A stretch of DNA of 64,000 nt from Hyaloraphidium curvatum SAG 235-1 (Eukaryota; Fungi; Monoblepharomycota): positions 62,001-126,000 of the forward strand of contig JAIVFI010000030.1 in assembly GCA_025558095.1 (NCBI GenBank), given 5' to 3'. The position numbers and the translations under genes were made by a program. The notes beneath the pieces are model-generated. The model searched no databases and was not told the origin of the DNA. It saw only the letters and a list, made by a program, of their open reading frames with translations. Position 1 is the stretch's first letter, and the number at the start of each line of letters is the position of its first letter. Shown one piece after another: positions 1-12,087 of the stretch.

Positions 1-191
1 TCCACGACCGCGCGATAGCGTCGTTTCAGGACGTCGCCAGGTACAGGGCGAAGCTGTTCGGGTTCGTGGTGTCGTTCGGGACGGTGAGGACGATGCTGGT
101 GACGGGGCTGACGGTCGCCGTCGCGCTGTGGAGCGTGCTGCGGGCTTTCGGGGTGACGGCGACCCTTGAGAGCTTCTGTCCCGTATCATAG
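1..191 (+). CDS. 3' end (partial) of orphan multi-TM protein, GR-like/7TM-ion-channel-like family, copy 1
   Basis: Frame 3 reads HDRAIASFQDVARYRAKLFGFVVSFGTVRTMLVTGLTVAVALWSVLRAFGVTATLESFCPVS*. This aligns by eye with the C-termini at about 8400-8565, 52730-52920 and 63658-63860. Confidence 0.75.
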   Translation, partial: HDRAIASFQDVARYRAKLFGFVVSFGTVRTMLVTGLTVAVALWSVLRAFGVTATLESFCPVS

Positions 192-404
192 AGGCCAGCG
201 GATGCAGGAAGATCGGTTACTCCCGGAAGTGCTCGGGTTCCGAAGGTGGCGACGTCGTTCCAGTTGTGGCGGCCAAGGAAGTAAGGAACTGGATGGGCTC
301 ATGGGATATTTGGACTAGAAAGCTGGAGTATCTAGTAATTTCCAGGCTTTCTTCCGCCTCTTCCCACTTCTCTCGAAATCGCCGCTGGGCGGCCTCGGCA
401 CCGC

Positions 405-798
405 TCAACTGTCCTCCGCGCACAGGCCCGAGACGCAGACGTCCGAGCCGCAGCAGTCCCCATCCCGGCTGCAGCCCTCGCCCGTGTCGGCACATGCCGG
501 GGCGTACCGCTTGTACAGCGCCCGCCGGTCCCTTGCGGGCGCGACGCAGGCAACCATGCCCGCGGGGGCGCCGGGGTGCGCGTACTCGCAGAACTGGTGG
601 GCGGCGCAATCAGCGCACGAACGGCGGAAGACGGCCGCGGTGGTGGATGGGGGACTGCGCGGAACAGGGGAGTCGTGAGCATCGGGCGGCGAAGGGAAGT
701 CGGCGAACCCACGCCGCGGCGGCCGAGGCGACTGAGGCAACGATTAGGAGGGCGACGATTAGGAGGGCGACGATTTTGACGGCGGTCGTGAACTTCAT
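405..798 (-). CDS. Small secreted Cys-rich precursor: signal peptide, conserved 4-Cys module, KR site, knottin-like peptide
   Basis: Exons 798-713 and 654-405; GT-AG intron 712-655. Protein: MKFTTAVKIVALLIVALLIVASVASAAAAPPSTTAAVFRRSCADCAAHQFCEYAHPGAPAGMVACVAPARDRRALYKRYAPACADTGEGCSRDGDCCGSDVCVSGLCAEDS*. Confidence 0.8.
741..775. repeat. 15-nt tandem duplication inside a signal peptide (IVALL x2)
   Basis: cgattaggagggcga occurs twice in tandem. Confidence 0.8.
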
Positions 799-1760
799 CG
801 TTGCTCACTCCTGTGTTCGTCGGTGCTTGGGGGGACGTCCCCTTTGACCCTTTATGGGGGATGATTTGATGGGGGATGAGGATCCCGAGTCGGGGGATGC
901 GGGCGGCATCCGGCTGTCCTCCCCGCCGTCATCGACCAGCGATGGGTTGGGCGGATCGACCGGAGACCCAGCGATTCGACTTATGAGCTTGCCTCGACGA
1001 CTAGGTGTCATTTTTGTACGACGGAAAACGCTGTCAAGCGATCCAAGGGGACCGAGGTATAGGCATCCCTTGCGGCGTGCGCTCCCTTTGCCACGAACAC
1101 CGATCCAGCCGATAGTTCATCACGGATCTCGTGCTCGGATACTAAAGTCAGGCGGACATTTTTTTGCATCCGTCGACGCTCCTGTTTCGGCGCTACGGCT
1201 GCCTCCGCTGCAGGTCGGCACTACATCGCCCTTCTGTGGTCCTCCACGCACTCGCCCGACTCGCACAGGCCGGATCCGCGGCACTGGGAGCATATCGATT
1301 GAAGGACTGTCTTAAGGAACTAACGGCACATCGAGTCGCGCTGTTGCGGCCGTAAAATGCGAGTTCGAAACGGACCGAAGGACAGTGAAAGGTTGCTGCG
1401 ATGCGCTCCCATAGCACCGCCCCGATTCGGGATCTCGTGCTCGCAGTAGCTCCCTTCGAAGCTCGAACATCTTTCATATCCATCGCGCGCCAGCATCTCC
1501 TCGGCCGAGGGGCAACAGCTGCTGTTTCGACGAACTCCTTCCCAGCGCGACGGCCAGCAGAAAAAGATGGCAAGAAACCCCAGGAAATGCAAAAGAAGAG
1601 ACCAAGCCGCAGTTCATCTCGTTGGAAACTTTTGCCCAGAACGCGATTCGTCCCGTCGTTCCAATCTTCGGTGGCCGGGCGGCTTCACTCCGGCTCGGAC
1701 CCGCTCGACCTCCCGACATTGAGCCCACCAGCACCCCCTCGGCAGCCCCGTCTCCCCACG

Positions 1761-2779
1761 ATGCTCCGCGCCACCTCTCTCTTCCGCGCCGTGCGCCAGG
1801 CCGCGCCCCGCCGCACCATGTCGGGCGCTCCGGTGCGCTTCCGCCCGCGACGCGTCGGAACCAGGAACTGACGCGAATTGCTCCCCCTGGACACCTCGGC
1901 CCCGATGTTGCCCCTCATGATACCGATGTGCTTCCGCCGATGTGGTTGCGACGCGTCGCGCGGGACCATAGCTCTACACGGCCGAGGCCACCGCCGTCGG
2001 AGTGGGCTGCCCTTGCCCCTGGAATCGGAAGCCCGCGTCGCTCACAAACCCCCTCCCCCCCTGCATCGCGCGTCCGATTCTCTCTCATAGGCCAGGTACG
2101 CTTTTGTTCCGACTGCCACCGTGGCCGCCCGGGCGCTGAACCTCCCCGCAGGAACGGCCACGTGAAGTCGAGCGACGGGATCCTGGACTTCGACCTGTCG
2201 GTGCCCAAGGGCATGGGCGGGCCGGGGGGTGCCAAGACTAACCCAGAGCAGCTGTTTGCCGCTGGGTAAGTCCCCCGTGGGGCCGTGGTGTGTCCAATTC
2301 TGACCTTCTGAGCCGTCGACGTGCTCCCCGCGGCCAAACAGCTACTCTGCCTGCTTCGGAGGCGCGCTTGGTGCCGCGCAGGGCATGCTGAAGCTGCCGA
2401 AGTGGGTCTCCTGCCTCCTTTTCGTGGTTTTGGGCACCGATGGACCGGCCGACCCTCACAGGCTGCCCGACAACATGAGCGTCAACGCAAAGGTCTCGAT
2501 CGGCAAGGGCGAGGGCGGCTTCGACCTCGCCGTGGACTTTGTCGTCACCGCTGTGGGCACTTCCGTCTCCAGCTCGCGGTGCGGCTGGATCGACTGATCA
2601 CTACCATTGCAGCCCGGCTACGACAAGGCGGACCTGCAGAAGATCATCGACAAGGCGCACACCGGTGGGCCCTCCATCTTTACCTCACGTTGCTTCGGAT
2701 CTGAACCGCGCTCTCGGCAGTCTGCCCGTACTCCCGGGCGACCAAGGGCAACATGCCCGTGACGACCGTCATCGGCTGA
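1761..2779 (+). CDS. ohr: Organic hydroperoxide resistance protein (Ohr/OsmC family) with probable mitochondrial presequence, multi-exon
   Basis: Spliced motifs LYTAEATAVGARNGH, TNPEQLFAAGYSACF and AHTVCPYSRATKGN, with both catalytic Cys present. N-terminus MLRATSLFRAVRQAAPRR is Arg-rich and lacks acidic residues. Confidence 0.9.
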
Positions 2780-3179
2780 GCATCCTGCTTTCCTCCACTT
2801 CTTTCTTGGCATCTATCGCCCGAATGTTCCGTGGTTGAATGCGCAGCCTTTTCCGCGCGCGGCTGGCATCGCAGGTCCGGGCGGTGTTTGCCTTTGGCGT
2901 GGGTGGCGTCCGGCCGGGCTGTGCGCCAATGCGACGGGCCCTGACGTCCGTCCGTCCAGCTTTCGGCCTCATACGGCACCGAAGAAGGAAGCAAAGTTGT
3001 CGGCTTCAACCTCCGTCCATTCGAGAAAGGAAACCTGGCTTCCATCGCGCGGGAGTTGCGGCGGCGGAACTGTTGTGGGTCCAGCGACTCAGCGGGATGC
3101 CGCAGCTCCGCCCCTTCGGGATCTGGCCGGCCAACACCGCCCGCGGCCCCCCCAGTTCACCCCAGCTCACACCGGACAC

Positions 3180-4816
3180 ATGCTCCTCGCCGCGCTCCTC
3201 GCCGTGCTGCTCCTGGCGAGCGGCGCGCGCGCGACGCCCACGCCCTCCGCCTGCGGGCCGGGCGTCTGCGGGGACGGCATCCTCTGCTGCGACGACTGGT
3301 TCCTCGGTGCGCCCTCCTCCTTCCCTTCCTCTCGCGATTCGGGCTGACTCGCTGGACTTCTGCACGCAGGCGCCAAGTGCTACCTCGCCGAGGTGATGGT
3401 CTGCACGCCCGACCTCGGGCGGGCCGCGGGCGACCTGTCGCTGTGCCCCGTCGGCACCTGGGCATGCGACAGAGCGTGCTATGACCCGTCGAAGTACCGA
3501 TGCGAGGGTGGGAAACTGGAGCTGGGGCCGGCTACGGCTACGGGAACTGGGACGGGGACGACAGAGACGGCGGCGCCCGAGACGACGAGCAGGGTGGTGC
3601 CGACCACCTCGCCGCGCCGCAAGACGACGAGCAAGGGGCCCAAGGCGACGACGACAAAGGCCCGCAAGACGGCCACGACGCGCAAGACGACCACCAAGCG
3701 CCCGACGACCAAGCGCCGGACGACCAAATCCCTCACCGCGGCCCGCAAGTCAACCTCCCGCCCGGTCCCCAAGGCCACGTCCAAGATTCCAGCCCCCCCG
3801 CCGACGACCACCAAATCCGGTCCCGCCCCCACGCAGACCGCCGACCTCCGCATCAAGAACTCGTGCACCTCCACCCTGTGGTTCGAAGCCCGCTGGATGG
3901 GCAAACCCCTACCCGGCCACGCGAGCACCATCACGCGCGCCCTCCCGGGCGAGTACGTTGACTACGTCATCCCCGCCGACGGCCTCGATTCGACGCGGTT
4001 CTGGGGCAAGTTCGGGTGCGACGACCGGGGGAGGAACTGCCTCGTCGGGGACAGTATGGGGTTCTACCCGGGGAACGAGTGCCCGCCCGGGGGGTGCAAC
4101 CCGCCGATCGACAGCCTCTTCGAGGCGACGTGGGGTTGCAAGCCGGGGACGGGGTGCCATGCCGCAAAGCCCACTACGTGGTTTGATACGACCCAGGTCC
4201 GTTTCCGCTGCTGTTGCGTGCGCGATAGCTGACTCTTTGCGCCCTCCAGGTCGACGGCTGGACGATCCCGTACCGCCTCCGCGCCTTCGGCGAGACCGAC
4301 CGCTGCGACTGCAAGGCCGGCGTCTGCGGCTTCTCCGGCGTCGATGCCACCCGCCTGACGCTGGACAAATGCCCCACCGCCGACGACCTCTCGTGGTCGG
4401 GCCGATGGGCGACAACGACCAACGGCTCCAACCTCTCGGCCGTGAACCTGCTCGCCGCCCGGAACGGCGTCGCGGTGGGCTGCATCTCGCCGTGCAAGAT
4501 CTTGACCTTCGCCCCGCCATGGGGCTTTGGCGAGAAGGAATCCGCGGGCGGCGCGGCCACGTACATGTGCTGTCCCACCCCCGATCCCAACCCCGCCACG
4601 TGCCGCCCCGAGACGGGCTGCCTCCTCTCGCCCGAGTGCAACGCGGGGCCGGTCAAGGACACGCAGTACGTGCGGACGGTCAACACGCTGGCGCCGGGGA
4701 TCTACGCCTTCAGCTACGACGACGAGGTCGGGCTGCACGCGTGCCCGGCAGGGACGGTGGTGTACGAGTTTGAGTTCTGCCCTGAGGGATCGGGGGAGTA
4801 CCCGATGCGGGTGTGA
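3180..4816 (+). CDS. Secreted protein: Cys-rich CBM52-like module, Thr/Lys-rich linker, thaumatin-like domain
   Basis: Signal peptide MLLAALLAVLLLASGARA; LCPVGTWACDRACYDPSKYRCEGGKL. Thaumatin motifs IKNSC..TLW, RFWGKFGC, FDTTQVDGWTIP, GCISPC, YAFSYDD. Introns near 3307-3369 and 4197-4249. Confidence 0.8.
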
Positions 4817-5530
4817 GGGCGTCGACGGCACCGCGGTGTTGCCCTTGGCGAGCACTCTCCTCACGTTGGCGGGCACGGCCGGCCGGGGGGCGGCACGGAG
4901 CAGCGGGCCCAAAGGCGACGCGCGGAAGAAGGCGGCGGCCTCTGCGAAGCCGCCGTCGAGCGACGCGGCCGCCAGGGACTCAGCAAGATCCGCCATGGCC
5001 GATTAAATTACGTCAGAGGCTCGGCGGCCGCGCTGCCGGTTCACGGTACGGTAGACGCGACGTTGTTGACTTGATGTCGAACCTGCCTAGGTCATCCACC
5101 CCGGCGCGGTGCTCCTCATCTAGCTCCATCCCGCCGATCAACCACGCGGATCCAGCTCGCAAAGTTCTTCGGAAAGCCGAGGAGAGGTTGCTTGTCGGGG
5201 GCGGACACCGCGCATCCGGATGTACTATGTAATCTTTGCTCCTCAACCGCGCTGAGCTTCTGGGCCTCAGCAGGCTCGCGGGAGGTTTCTTCCCCGGTCC
5301 CAACCCCGCGGGCACTCCTTTGATGCCGCCAAAGTGGACGGAAGGGGCATCCGGGACGGATCGATGATCTCGCGGAGCGAGTGAGGGACGCCGGGCCCTG
5401 CAGGGCCAGACGCGCGCAAGCCGCCCGGTCCAAAGTCCCGATTATATCGTACCCAAAGTAGCGTGGTCCTCATACAAAGTTGCTCCTCCTGCAATACCCG
5501 TCTACCCATCCATCCTTTTGTAGCCGGCGC

Positions 5531-6473
5531 CTAGTACATGGCGGCGGCGGCGGCAGCGGCGGCGGCACCGAGCACGGGCATCAGCGTGGCGCGGACCATG
5601 CTGCCAGCGCCGGGGCGGCTGGTGGTCGCGGTGGCGGTGACAGCGGCGAAGGGGATGGTGGGGGAGCCGTTGACGACGGCGGCGCACTTGGCGGTCAGGG
5701 CGACTGCGGGGGGGAGTTGTCAGCGCGGGGTAAAGGGCGGGGAAGGGCGAGACTTACAGACGGAGGGGCCGAGCGAAAGGGTGCCGCAGTTGCCGGCGGT
5801 GACGTTGAAGGTGCCGACGCCGGTGAAGGGGATCTGCATCGACAGGAAAACGCGTCACTTGAGGCGGCCAGCAGGCGACGGGGAGAAACCCACGGTGCAG
5901 GCGTCGTTACCGAAGAAGGCCATGGTGCCCGAAGCGGCGCCAGGGGCGCAGGCAGGGCGGCCGAAGGCGGGGATGCCGATGAAGCCGAGGGGCACGCACT
6001 GGTTGGCGATCACGGCGGCGGCGGTGAGGTAGGTGCCGGTGCAGGTGGCGCCGGACCACTGGGTGACGACAAAGTACTCGCCCTGCGGATGGGAGCGGGG
6101 CGTCAGCGCTGGGCCGGGCGCGGAAATGGGGCGCGGAAACCGACCGAGCCCTGGAGGGTGAAGGACGGGGGGGCGTTGGCGTTGCAGGTCTGGGTCACGT
6201 CGTAGTTGACTGTGGCGTTACTGGGAATGCAGGCGACGTTGCCCTGGCAGGTGGTCGGCAGGTTCGCCTGGACTGCTCGGCAGGAGAGGGAAAGGGGGGA
6301 CATGATCAGTGAGGAGCGGGTGGGGGCCCGGGCGTCAACGCACAGAGCTGCGGCGCGGTGGCGTTGACTTTGCAGCCCGAGCCGGGGATGAAGCCGTCGA
6401 TGATGGTCGCGGCGCGCGCGGGGGCGGCGGCCAGCGCGAGGGCGGCGAGGATGACGGCGGCGGCGGCGCGCAT
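5531..6473 (-). CDS. Secreted, probably GPI-anchored Cys-containing surface protein, multi-exon
   Basis: Signal peptide MRAAAAVILAALALAAAPARA; Thr-rich stretch and hydrophobic tail ...GAGSMVRATLMPVLGAAAAAAAAMY*; four short introns. Confidence 0.7.
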
Positions 6474-7213
6474 TTCGGCGGGGCGGCGGCGGGGCGGCGG
6501 GCGCTGAGACGGCGATCCGAAAGGCGCGGCGGGGTTGTGGCCGACGGCGGAGAGGCGCGGGTCGAGTGACTCGGCGGGGGAGCAGAAAAGGTGGGGGGGT
6601 GCGCGGGCCGGGCCACCCAGCCGGCAGGGGACTAAGCCCCGATTCCCGGCCCCCGCGCAATCAAGCCGGCCGACGGGCGGCGCGATCGCCGGATCGGGCG
6701 CGGTAACAGGATCGGCATCGCAGGACATTGCGCAAAGGCCCCTCGGGACGCATCCGGCAGGGCGGAAAGCACGAGTGACCCGCCCAGGCGCCGAATGATC
6801 CTTGCCCTTGCGTCGACGCCACCACCGGGGACTCGTACCGGCCAAAGGAAGCGCGGATGGGGTTGCAGTAAGCTTAAATAAACCGATCGGCGATTCAGAT
6901 ATGGGCCATCCGCGCGATTCGTCGCTCGGCGGGCCTGCGCGATGTGTCTCCCATCTTTGTCACCCAATCAAATCGAATCCCCCGCATGTGCTTTCCAATG
7001 TTCCAATAGATGGCGCACTTACAAATGACGCTCTACGCCGTTTCGTCGGACAAATAAACCGCGCGCAGGGTGCCTGCCTCGACAACGGCTCCGGGATCAG
7101 GCCCTGATCACTGGGAACCGTCAGCGAGTTAGGTGGCCTCTGCCTCGGAAACCGCCCCTCGTCCTTCGGCATTAGTAAACGCGTTGAAACGCGTTTTTGG
7201 CGTTGCCGATCGT

Positions 7214-8565
7214 ATGGGAGCCTGCTGTGCGGCCGCCGCTTGAGGCCCGCGTCCGCCGGCGGAACCGTTCTCCAAATGGACCGGGGACGCCTTCCTCGCC
7301 TCCCTCCGCCTCGCCTCGCCGGGGCTGGCCGCGTGGACAAGGGCGCAGATCGCCGTGGCGCCGTGGGTTGCCGGCCACGTGCGGCTGCGCTACACGGCCT
7401 TCTGGGTCCTGGGGTTGGCGCTGCTGCCGATCCAGTGGATCGCCAACAACGGCAGGTTCGGCACGGCGCAGCTGGCCGCGGGCACGGCGAGCTCGGCGGT
7501 GCTGGGGCTGGGCGGCATTGCCGCGGCGCTCTCGTCCAGGGGCTACGGTTCGCGGTACGAGGCGCCGGCGGGGTTCGGGCAGCACACGCTGGCCGTCGTC
7601 GCGCGGTGGGCGCAGCTGGTCCTCGGAGATCCGGCGGACAAGGGGCGGTCTTCGAAGCTGCTCGTGCACGACCCCAAGGACGGGCTCTGTCCCTGCCCGC
7701 TGCCGACGTGCGCGCGGGGCACGGTGGCGCTGGCCGGCCCCATCCGCTTCGCCGAATCCGCCCTTCGCTTGTCCAGTGCGTGGCTGTGGACGATCTTCTA
7801 CTCCTTGTGGATGCCGGCGGTGACATTCGCCGCGTTCACGTGGCGCACGCCGTGGGCCGCCACCCTTTGCGCGGTCTACATCGCTCTGAACCTCGAATTT
7901 CACTGTGCCAACGTCATCGTAATCCAGCCTCTGAGCTACGTTTCCCTGGAGCTCACCCTCAGGCTCCACAACCGGGCCATGTCGCTGGCCCTGGACTACC
8001 TCGTCCGGCGCTGCGGCCTGCCCGCGACCGAGGACCCGGCGCCGCCGTCGGGACCGCCGCCGGACGACGAGACGTACATCCTCCTCTACGAATCCATGAC
8101 CGCCGTATGGCAGCATCGCATCCGCTCGGCGGCGTTCAGCACCCGCCTCCTCGCCGTCGGCATCGTCGCCCTCGCGTTGACCGCCGTCGCCGGGATCGCG
8201 GCGGGCAACTGCCTCCCCGCCGCCTTCTTCTTCCTCCTGGCCTGCTACCTCCTCGTGCTCGCCTCGGACCTGGCCAACTTCTCAGAGAGCACCTCGCACG
8301 TCGCCGCCGTCCGCGCGCTGCTCCTCCGCGCGCGCACCCGCCTCCGCAGGCTGGCCCTCTCCCCGTCTCTCCCGCCCGCGCGGCTCGCCCTGGCGGAGAC
8401 TTGGACGCCTCGCCGGGGTGTTTGGCCAGGTACATGGGGTTCGCGGTGGACAGGGCGGTGGCGCGGAACGTGGCGTCGACGCTGTTTGCGATGGCGGTCG
8501 GGCTCTGGAGCGTTTTGAGGGGGAGCGGAGTCAGCGTGGGCCTGGAGATGGCCTGCGGGGGCTGA
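7214..8565 (+). pseudogene. Orphan multi-TM (GR-like/7TMIC-like) family, copy 2, disrupted
   Basis: Motifs NNGRFG, HDPKDGLCPC, AAGNCLP, DLAN and several hydrophobic segments. In-frame TGA at 7241 follows ATG 7214. A frameshift near 8395 moves the family C-terminus (ARYMGFAVDRAVARNVASTLFAMAVGLWSVLRGSGVSVGLEMACGG*) into another frame. Confidence 0.65.
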
Positions 8566-9954
8566 AGTGTCGGCGTTGCTGCCAAAAGATGGTTCTGCGG
8601 TCTTCCAGGTGTTGTGGTGGGGGCTTGTCGCGAAACACCGCATCTCCCGCCGGCTGCGGAGACCACCGCCCGGGCAAGAAAATGGCATGTCCGTCAGTGT
8701 AGCTGATTCACGGCTGCATGATGATCTGCAGTACTGTATTTTTTGTTCTGAGCGGGCCGGCGGAGCGAACTGGACGCTGGCCTGGCTGAGCAAGTTGAGA
8801 TCCGCGAGCCAGCAACACCGCCGCCCTTCCCCGCTGCCGCTGCAAGCCCGCGCCATGGCCGCCATCGCTGTTGCACGTGCGTCGCGGTGGCGTGAATTGC
8901 AGCCGCCGCTAACGGGCCCGCAGCGCGCTCCGGCGTCAGCATCGTCCTCCCGCGCATTGCGGAGGGAGCCGGCCTGCTCCCTCAAGCGGCGGCCCCCGCG
9001 CATGTTCCCAGCGGCGCCCTGAACGAAGGGTTCCATGCGCCCGCCGAAGCGCAGGAAGCCGCGAGGGTCATCTTCCCGGGAGCAGCGCCCGCCGTTTATC
9101 ATGTGCAGGCGACCGCTGATGTCGCTACAAACGTCGAGGTTGCTAGTGAAGGCGCCGGAAACGCGCTCGTCGACGTTCCCGCCGCGGCTCCCCGCGCTCC
9201 CCGGGCGGGCAGGAGGGTGAACCTCGGGGCCGGGCTCCGAGACCTCGCGGTAAGCCAGGGCCGGACAACGGAGAGGTCGAGCAGCTGAGTGCCCGCCCTC
9301 CCTACACCAGTACGAAGCCGTCATCACCGTGGCAGCGGAATCCAGCTGCAATGTTCTCACAAGGGCGCCGGCGACGGTCCTCGCTGCACCCGTCAGCGCC
9401 GGCTTCGGGGCGGTCGTAATGCACAGCTACGCCAGCCAGCTCAAGGATCTCACTGGCAACGATGTAGGGCTGCTTGCGACGCCGTCTTGCTTCTGAACGC
9501 TGATCGCGTCGCCCGGGCTTCCAGATCATGCGCTGGACCTGCACCGGGGCGGCGATCTTCGGATTCGCAGCCTTGGGGAGCACGGTGGTCTATTACATCT
9601 TTGAGAGGCCCACGTACCCTGGAAACCCGCCCCGGGGTAGGGCGGCGGGCATCGCCCTGCAGTGAAGTTGCACCCGAGTCGCCCAAGAGCAAGTTGCAGA
9701 GCGGACATGCCGCTAGCGAGCTAGCTGGTCATTGCAACAGCCCTGTCGGCTCTCTGCCATTTATTTGACAATAGTGGAGCGTTGCGAAGGAGGAATTCGA
9801 AGTGCTCCAGTCCATCATTGTTCGTCGTGGTGAGCAGGGACAGATAAAGCTTCGCAAGTAACACTCAAATGCACATTTCAATCGATCTCCTAACTCGGTC
9901 CACATCCAAATAGCGCCGTCCCGCCCTAAAGCCCCATTGCTCGGCAGCTCCAGA

Positions 9955-11365
9955 TCACAGCTTGGCCTTCTGGTCGCCGAGCTGTCCCTCGGCCGGCGAA
10001 TCCACGGCGATCCCGCTGCCCTTCTTGGTCCCCGCCGACTCGTCCCACGGCCTCGTGACGCGGCCCAGGGCAAACTCGGGCGCGAGCGTGTCCTGGAAAT
10101 GGGGTTCGGGATTGGGTTACGGGGGGGGGGGGGGGGGAACGGAGGGACAGGGGACCCACCGATCCGTAGGGCATGTCCTCGAACTTCTCCGGCTTCACCG
10201 GCGGCGTGTGCTGGCTCGTTGCCGGCGAGTAATAGCCCATGGAGTGATCCATCATACTCAGGAAACGGTTAGCGCCATCGCATGGGGAGTGCCGCGGGGG
10301 TCACCTACGCGTACCCGACCAACTCCTGCACCTCGGGGTCAAGGGTGCGCGCCACCTCGGGAGGGACGGAGAGGTAGTGGTTCTCCTCGGAGCGGAGCCA
10401 GCCGAGGGAGAAGGAGACGTGCATGCCAACGCGCCTGCGGGGACGAAACGGTTTTGCGTGAGTCCGCGCGCGGATGGCCAGGGGAACAAGGGTGCCCACC
10501 AGTCGTCCTTGGTGACGTTCGCGCCACCGCCGTGGATAGTCGAGCCGAGATATAGCCTGCATCCGCAAGGAGTAATTCAAGGGCTGCGGGCCAGGCAGGA
10601 CAAAGGATGCAGGGCTACCCACACGCACGAGCCCTTGGGCATCACCGCCTGCCGCACGTCCCGCCCCTCGGCATCGGGCATGTACGAATTCAGCGGCCTC
10701 GCGTGCGTGCCGGGAACCACCTGTGTGGCTCCGTTCTTGTCCGTAAAGTCGGAAAGCGCCCACCTGCCCGGGAGGGAGCGACAAACGGGTTTCGGTCAAG
10801 CAGCGCTCGAGCATCGGGGAGTCCCCGCAGCCGCGACACACATTGTGGCCACCATGGGCTCGAGTTCCTCAGGAAGATGCTTGCCCCAGGCGACGCGGTC
10901 GCGGTGGAGGGGCTGGGCGGGGGAGCCGGGGCCGATCTTGATGATCTGGGCCACGTGCAGCTGCGTCGCGCGACTGCATTGAGCGGGTGCTTCACCCTGG
11001 GGCAACAGACCGCCCACCTGGTACCGCTTCGCATGCTCCAGCAGGTGCTCGTCGGCCGCCGCACGCAGGAACCGGTTCTTGAGCACCGCCTCGTTGAAGG
11101 TAGGCGACCTCGCCGGCAGTGCCCCGCAACGGACCGTGTTCTTGCCCGAAAAGTCGTCCACGCCGGACGTGGTCCCGCCAATCCAGGGCGCCATCTCCGC
11201 CACGATCCGGTCTGCTTGCGCCGGAGAAATTGCGTACTCGACAATCACGGCGCCGTCCTCGCGAAGAATACGAAGGGCGTCCTCGGGCTTGCAGGTGCGC
11301 CCGTCGACGCGGCGGACGTCGGGGAAGGAGTGTTCCATGGTCGCGGTGGCAAGGGCGGTCGCCAT
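9955..11365 (-). CDS. Phytanoyl-CoA dioxygenase (PhyH) family Fe(II)/2OG enzyme with PTS1, multi-exon
   Basis: Motifs DGAVIV, AQPLHRD (HxD), WALSDFTDKNGATQVVPGTH, TIHGGGAN, LGWLRSEEN; C-terminus QKAKL*. Confidence 0.85.
10121..10137. repeat. G17 homopolymer (intronic poly-C on the sense strand of the PhyH gene)
   Basis: 17 consecutive G. Confidence 0.9.
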
Positions 11366-12087
11366 TTCGACGGGTTGAAGGGTGGCGGGCCTCTCGGCAC
11401 AGAAAGAGCAGTCAGGGTGGGTCAAACAAGGGGTAGCCTGGTCGCCTGAGGGAAGACGGCGATGGAACTGCCTCTGAGTGGCGGTTGTGTGCGGCTGCGG
11501 CGATGCGCTCGGAGCGGAGCTGGCCGGTCGCCATTGGCGCCCGATCGCACAGCCTGATCGGGAGACATCGACACATTTCCCATGGGCTGCCTCTTTCGCA
11601 GACCTCATTTGTGTGTCGGATACGCTACAAAGGAACAGGAAGATGTCGCGCCCTGCATCGCAGTCGAGCTAGCGCCCGCCCTCGGCGTCAATCTCACTCC
11701 GATCGAACCCCGGTTGCGACACACTCCCCAAGTAGGCCCAAACGAAGGCTGCCGAGTGGATCGATGCCATGGGATGCAGGACATGCCGACGAGAGCCTTT
11801 CTCGTGGCTTCCATGCTTCGAATCAGGGCGGGCCTGCTTCTGCCGCAGATCCGCCCCGGGGGGACGTCAATCAGACCTCGGTCTACAGGGAGTAGCCGCA
11901 GGGGGGGAGGCAGTAAGTACAATTTATTCACCAGAAGCTTGATATTGGCCCGGTCGTGAAGCAGAACGATGCTGGGGCAGGTGGTCAATTAGTTAGCACG
12001 ACGCTTCGACCGGGCCGCGCGTCCCCGTTTGCCACTCCCCCTCGTGCCCACTCAGTACACCCCTACGGACCTTCAGGCGCCCGCGAT

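Noticed and set aside
8570-9900. ORFs in the 1.3-kb gap, possible hidden gene or transposon
   Set aside because: No recognisable motifs, terminal repeats or convincing exon chain.
10121-10137. G17 run as a functional G-quadruplex
   Set aside because: It is intronic, homopolymer length is unreliable, and there is no other support.
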